Under the pieces are notes generated by a model. It worked only from the letters and a program-made list of their open reading frames with translations. It was not told the origin of the DNA and searched no databases. Positions 27,430-32,000 of a stretch of DNA of 32,000 nt are shown in pieces. Position 1 is the first letter of the stretch. Every line of letters starts with the position of its first letter. Origin of the DNA: an uncultured archaeon (GTDB lineage: Archaea; Asgardarchaeota; Thorarchaeia; Thorarchaeales; Thorarchaeaceae); the NCBI GenBank assembly GCA_964354495.1, contig CAYHAA010000005.1, forward strand, positions 90,001-122,000. The letters run 5' to 3'. Made by a program: the position numbers and the translations under genes.

Positions 27430-28331
27430 TAGTAGCCCGCCTCCGATGCGCCATCTTTTCTTGGCTGAGTATCACTGAATCCCAACACACCAGCATCGAT
27501 GAGATTCTTGGCGACGAGCTTCACTGCCTCGATGTTAAAGGGCAAGACCTCACAGATTTCCGCGAGACTCTTGGTACCATCGCAGTGCTCAACTATGCTT
27601 GTCAGTTGCTTTCCGTAGACTCCGACCAAGAACTTAGGCGGTTCCACAATCTTGACAAGTACTGAAGTGTCTTCCAGTTTCCGAGTCAATGTGATCCATT
27701 TGTATTTATCAAGCATCGATAGTATGGCAATGATCTCAGAGTCTTCAAGAGCGGACTGAGTCATTATCTCCTCAATGGTCCTCTTCCCATTGATATACCC
27801 AATAACGGTCTGTAGCTTCTTGTCGGTCTCACCAACGCTCCAAGGTATGTTCGCTCGATGGTCAGGGGTTGCCTCTGATTTGGAAACGATGCGCGGAATC
27901 ATCTCAAGGCTGAAGGTGCGGTAAGGGTACACTTGCAGAATATTCAATGCGAATTCCCGGAATGGTCGTATATCACCCTTCCAACTGAGGAGCTGGTTTT
28001 CATAGCTCTTCTCGAACAGATCAAGTATCGTCTTCAGCGCTGTTCGGAACGGTTCATCGTCATCAACTTTATCGATGATGAGCAGACCAACTACGTATTC
28101 GCCTTCCTCGATGATTACAACATAGCCTTCCTTGGTGAATGTCTTTAGCTGCCTATTCTCGAATATGATGACCGCAAGAACGAAACTGGCAACTAAGTCA
28201 GGGTCCACAGACATCTCACGATAAGGGATGCCAATTATGGGCTCGCCTCCCTCTTTTCTCACAAGAGAGAGATACCTGACCTCTGCTTTCTTCTGCGGCT
28301 CATCATTCATTGTTCCTAATTCATCCTTCAC
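27429..28331 (-). CDS. Longin-like domain plus two winged-helix repeats (NPRL2-like architecture), paralog A
   Basis: DPDLVASFVLAVIIF and WKGDIRPFREF; YINGKRTIEEI and CDGTKSLAEI. ATG at 28310 is an alternative start. Confidence 0.75.
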   Translation of the reverse strand: MKDELGTMNDEPQKKAEVRYLSLVRKEGGEPIIGIPYREMSVDPDLVASFVLAVIIFENRQLKTFTKEGYVVIIEEGEYVVGLLIIDKVDDDEPFRTALKTILDLFEKSYENQLLSWKGDIRPFREFALNILQVYPYRTFSLEMIPRIVSKSEATPDHRANIPWSVGETDKKLQTVIGYINGKRTIEEIMTQSALEDSEIIAILSMLDKYKWITLTRKLEDTSVLVKIVEPPKFLVGVYGKQLTSIVEHCDGTKSLAEICEVLPFNIEAVKLVAKNLIDAGVLGFSDTQPRKDGASEAGY

Positions 28332-28346
28332 TCCTAAAATAGGTTG

Positions 28347-29240
28347 TCAGAAGAAGTCCGCAAGTTCGGTTTGTGTTACCAGCGTAATATCGGAGTCCAT
28401 GTCAATGGTATAACCAATGATTTGTTTGAGATCGACAGCAGTAAGTGATGTACCAGCACTGGTGACCATCAGCGACCCCTTCAGTCCGAGATTCTCGCCA
28501 ACAATTGCTCTGCCATCAACCGAATCTGACCTCTTTCTCCACGACGTGGGCTGAGAGCTCAGCTCCTTCAGGGTGTAGTACCTGGATAGGTCCTGGAGAT
28601 CTATTTCCGAATCTGTATCGAGGTTGGCCGTACTTCCAATGAAGTCACTCAATATTGAGCGAGCCTCAGAGATTCCGAGCCTGTCAAGGAGAGCACGGGC
28701 CTTTCGTTCAGAACGAACCTGCTTGGTGATTCCGTCTGACCGACTGATTCTATCCTCAAGTCGCCGCGCATTGCGGCCTCCCTCCATCTCTCGAAGCACA
28801 CATGCATAGTCTGCGCCTTGCTCCACCCAGCGAGTGAGCGCCCTACCCTTGGAGGAAACTCCGACTTTTAGTGTCTGATCATTGAATATAACGGCATAGA
28901 CGATATAGGTACTTGCGTCGCACTGAAGCCGGCGAGTCTCATGGGCGTCACATCTGTGACCGTTGCATCGAATACATGGATCAACTAGGTCTACAACCTG
29001 ACAAGAGCCACACTTCTGACCCGAACCGAGAATCACGGAATTCTCTGGGCAACGCTCAAGTCTTCCCGTGGCGTTTACGCGGCCGATACATCTCTTTGGC
29101 CCACGCAACAGCCATGACAATTGCTTTCCTGGGGGAAGAGGCAGAAAGGCAGTTTCCTGATCCTCACCTCTCCAGACAGTCAGACCTGCATCAAAGCAAG
29201 TATCATGCTTTTGTTTCCATGTGACTCCAGCAACCTGCAT
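28347..29240 (-). CDS. DUF2797 domain protein
   Basis: Cys-rich N-terminus (CIG, CP, CGSC, CIRC..C) and YIVYAV...KVGVS...TRWVEQGADYA. Confidence 0.75.
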   Translation of the reverse strand: MQVAGVTWKQKHDTCFDAGLTVWRGEDQETAFLPLPPGKQLSWLLRGPKRCIGRVNATGRLERCPENSVILGSGQKCGSCQVVDLVDPCIRCNGHRCDAHETRRLQCDASTYIVYAVIFNDQTLKVGVSSKGRALTRWVEQGADYACVLREMEGGRNARRLEDRISRSDGITKQVRSERKARALLDRLGISEARSILSDFIGSTANLDTDSEIDLQDLSRYYTLKELSSQPTSWRKRSDSVDGRAIVGENLGLKGSLMVTSAGTSLTAVDLKQIIGYTIDMDSDITLVTQTELADFF

Positions 29241-29249
29241 AATGATACC

Positions 29250-30296
29250 TCAGAAAAAGCCCATCTTGCCTTTACCGCGCACCATCCACTGCACTCCAGA
29301 CATATTCAGGTCAGCATTGCACTTCGGACAGCGGCCCTCCTCATTCAGGTTATTGCTCTCAAGATAGACAGAATGCCTTTCAACTGCCTTGAATCCGCAC
29401 TCAGGACAGTAGGTGTTCTCATAGTCGTGACTGGGTACATTCCCTGAATATACGAATTCGAGGCCAGCTTCCTTGGCGATAGCTATGTGATTCTCAAGCA
29501 TCTTCACAGGTGTTTGAGGAACACTTGTCAATTTGAAGGTAGGCGAAAACGCAATTAGATGAAATGGCGTTCGAGAGCCTAGATTCTCAGCCACCCATCG
29601 AGCCAGATTCAGGGTGTCGTCGGGATGGTCACCAACCTCAGGAATGATCAGATTCGTGATTTCAATCAGAATGCCCTTATCATGCATGCGCTGCATCGAA
29701 GAGAAGATGGGCTCAACTTTCGGAACCGACATCAAGTTGTTGTAGAACTCCCTGTTTCCACTGCCCTTGAAGTTCACTGACGCGGCATTCAAGTATGGTG
29801 CGATGTAGTCAACTGTTTCAGACGTCATGTAGCCATTCGTCACGAAGGTGTTGAACATTCCCTTTGAATGCGCAATCTCTGCGGTATCATGAGCAAGTTC
29901 AACGAAGATTGTGGGCTCCGTATATGTATAAGTAATCCCACCACAGTTGTACCTCTGAGCCAAGTCGACAATCGAAGAGGGGGTCATGCGTTCGCCTACA
30001 GGACTCTCTCGATGAGATGAGTGATAGTTCAGGCAGAATTGACAACGAAAATTGCAGCTGGAGGTGCTTATTGAAAATGCATGACTGCCAGGAGCAAAAT
30101 GAAACAGCGGCTTCTTCTCAATTGGATCTGCAGCCATACCATCGACTAATTCATACACCTTTGTGTAGAGCGTGCCGTCTTTGGCAGTTCTCACACGGCA
30201 GAACCCAGTTTCGCCATCATGCAAGACACACCTTCTTGCACATACGTCGCACCGAATTCCAGTCTTCAGCTTTGTCCAGAGTACAGCCTCTCTCAT
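29250..30296 (-). CDS. amrS: AmmeMemoRadiSam system radical SAM enzyme (PFL-activase-like)
   Basis: CDVCARRC...GFCRVR, DPIEKKPLFHF, CNFRCQFC, YTYTEPT and C-terminal CPEC/CPKC. ATG at 30296 is preferred over 30344. Confidence 0.9.
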   Translation of the reverse strand: MREAVLWTKLKTGIRCDVCARRCVLHDGETGFCRVRTAKDGTLYTKVYELVDGMAADPIEKKPLFHFAPGSHAFSISTSSCNFRCQFCLNYHSSHRESPVGERMTPSSIVDLAQRYNCGGITYTYTEPTIFVELAHDTAEIAHSKGMFNTFVTNGYMTSETVDYIAPYLNAASVNFKGSGNREFYNNLMSVPKVEPIFSSMQRMHDKGILIEITNLIIPEVGDHPDDTLNLARWVAENLGSRTPFHLIAFSPTFKLTSVPQTPVKMLENHIAIAKEAGLEFVYSGNVPSHDYENTYCPECGFKAVERHSVYLESNNLNEEGRCPKCNADLNMSGVQWMVRGKGKMGFF

Positions 30297-30426
30297 TTCA
30301 ATATACCAGCCTATACACCGTATATCGGTCTTACGGTACATCAATAGCTCATTCTTTTGCTCTATTTCCGATAAGATTGAGACAGCATTTAAAGGACAAG
30401 AAATGCAATAGTGCGCGAGTCAATGT

Positions 30427-30873
30427 ATGCCAGCACCAAAGCAGATTGAGCGGGTCGGTAGTTTATTCAGTACTCTCTCCGACAAGAGCAAGCCCTTTCT
30501 CGAAAGATGCACTAAGACAAAGTTCCTTGCCATTGTCGACTATGATCGCGCTAGTGATGAGTATGTAAAGCTTGTAAGAAAGACTCTAAGCACCAAGGGC
30601 TTGGGCATTGCAGACGCAGATGACTGCCAAGGAAGCTTAACAGATGTCAAGAATGCGCTAGAGTCATTGCATCTGGATACGGACCTTATGAATGCGCTTG
30701 AGAATCTTCGCTCGACATATCTGGAGAGTATGCTCAAACCGGCTTTCAAGCGATATCTACAGAGTGAATCATGTGCGAAGGGGGACATCGAGAAGCTGTA
30801 CATGAACGCCCTGAAGATAGACAGCCTAATTGAAGTGATGCAGTTCATGAAAAGAATCGAGCGAATTCAGTAA
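30427..30873 (+). CDS. Hypothetical helical protein
   Basis: 148-aa ORF filling the gap between amrS and the convergent gene; TTTAAAG TATA-like element about 38 nt upstream. Confidence 0.55.
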   Translation: MPAPKQIERVGSLFSTLSDKSKPFLERCTKTKFLAIVDYDRASDEYVKLVRKTLSTKGLGIADADDCQGSLTDVKNALESLHLDTDLMNALENLRSTYLESMLKPAFKRYLQSESCAKGDIEKLYMNALKIDSLIEVMQFMKRIERIQ

Positions 30874-30876
30874 TCT

Positions 30877-31947
30877 CTATTCTTTCTTTGTGCGGACATA
30901 ATCACGGTGCACAAGGGTACTTCCATCAACTACCCAAGCAATACCCAGCGTTTGAAATTCCTCTGCCCACTTCATAACTATTGCAGGAGCAACTCCAAGC
31001 GAGCGAGCTATCTCCCTTATCGACATCTCGCCATGCTCTTCCACCATAAGGAATGCCTTGGTCTTCTCCGTGCTGTCCATCAAGCTCAGGTAGCCCTGAA
31101 GAATTTGCTCAGCATGGGCCAAGTTTGACTTGGTTTCCTCAAAATCACCCGTCATCCTCTTTAGGCTGGCTGTGGATCGCTCCAGCTCCGTCTTTATGCG
31201 CTCCAGCTCTCTAGCCTTGTCGCCAGACTCATAAGAGCGAAGTCGAGCCCTGAGTTCCTCCATTTCATCTAGCCTTGCTCCGGACTTGCCCATATCGTCC
31301 TCTAGCTGACGAATGTTGGTATTGAGCTCACCAATCTCCAGCTCCCTTTGGGAGAGCTTAGTGAGGTAGTCCTTTTCTTTTGCCTCTCCGGCTGTGTTCA
31401 GTGCTTCCAGTTCTGCAACCTTCTGTTCCAGAACTTCCTTCGATGTCTCAAGTGACTTCACAGCATGTCGCAGTTCATTGAGGGTCGTCATGTCGGCCTT
31501 TGGAGCAGCCTGAAGGCCCATGACCGTGTCCTCCAGATCATCGTTTCGGACCTTCAATTCAGCAAGATTCTTTCGTAGTTCTGCATTCTCTGATTCACGG
31601 TTCTCAGTCTTTTTCTTCTCTAGATTCAGTTCCTGTCTGAGCACTTCGACTGTGCTCTGGAACTGCTTCAGTTGAAGTTCGACTTCCTTTGGAACTTCAA
31701 CGCGCGGCTTCATTCCTAATTCAGAGGAGAGGAATTCAACCTCAGTCGTTGCTCTCTGGGTGTAATCATCAACGTTGCCTTTCAAAGCAGTAAGTTCCTG
31801 GAGAGTGAGTTTCATCGATTCGTTCATACTCTCAGTGATGTCGCGCATCTTCTCAAGTATTGGCGTGGACATGCCCGAGGTCAGTGATTCCTCAACTCTT
31901 GTGAACTCCTCTTGGACAATGGGTTGGACCTCTGTATCCACAAACAT
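30877..31947 (-). CDS. Long coiled-coil protein with C-terminal winged helix (5' end possibly beyond the window)
   Basis: About 280 aa of heptads, then EEHGEMSIREIARSLGVAPAIVMKWAEEFQTLGIAWV. The frame stays open upstream of 31947 to the window edge. Confidence 0.8.
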   Translation of the reverse strand: MFVDTEVQPIVQEEFTRVEESLTSGMSTPILEKMRDITESMNESMKLTLQELTALKGNVDDYTQRATTEVEFLSSELGMKPRVEVPKEVELQLKQFQSTVEVLRQELNLEKKKTENRESENAELRKNLAELKVRNDDLEDTVMGLQAAPKADMTTLNELRHAVKSLETSKEVLEQKVAELEALNTAGEAKEKDYLTKLSQRELEIGELNTNIRQLEDDMGKSGARLDEMEELRARLRSYESGDKARELERIKTELERSTASLKRMTGDFEETKSNLAHAEQILQGYLSLMDSTEKTKAFLMVEEHGEMSIREIARSLGVAPAIVMKWAEEFQTLGIAWVVDGSTLVHRDYVRTKKE

Positions 31948-32000
31948 GCTCTGAAGATTGGTCTTGGCCTTGCGCTTGCTCCTATTGACTATATCACCTC

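Noticed and set aside
30385-30406. GCATTT-N10-AAATGC inverted repeat in the divergent amrS promoter
   Set aside because: Six-bp arms are expected by chance and overlap the likely TATA element.
30017-30568. 183-aa plus-strand ORF
   Set aside because: Overlaps amrS antisense and the 30427 gene out of frame; no recognisable features.
1-32000. tRNA, rRNA, integrase or transposase genes
   Set aside because: No cloverleaf, rRNA-like tract, DDE or tyrosine-recombinase catalytic motifs were seen; intergenic gaps are short.

Overview
Gene-dense archaeal chromosomal window, most likely from an Asgard archaeon (Thorarchaeia-like). This is inferred from Cdc48 with Hsp20, topoisomerase VI, a roadblock protein, a longin-like pair, GGTGA/GGAGG ribosome-binding sites and TATA boxes. 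About 27 CDS and one pseudogene are supported; no rRNA, tRNA, CRISPR array or mobile element was recognised. Bases 1-11.8 kb are mostly metabolism and transport: CoA-transferase-GNAT fusion, MFS, DUF4332, a coiled-coil/zinc-ribbon protein, a QueG/RdhA-like Fe-S protein, GNAT, a truncated caspase-family remnant, a type II P-type ATPase and a class I aminotransferase. Three clusters stand out. (1) A minus-strand run hsp20-cdc48-[V4R/Bet3-like]-[2TM polyproline]-[gelsolin-like]-[alpha-SNAP-like TPR + Ig + coiled coil], headed by a tandem palindromic operator. (2) A plus-strand operon AN1-ZnF/M50 protease-top6B-divergent top6A (DxD changed to DxS)-coiled-coil/wHTH-PD-(D/E)xK nuclease. (3) A translationally coupled pair of longin-wHTH-wHTH paralogs resembling NPRL2/NPRL3 (GATOR1), converging on a roadblock + NifB-like radical SAM pair. 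Family assignments come from motif recognition only; no searches were run.
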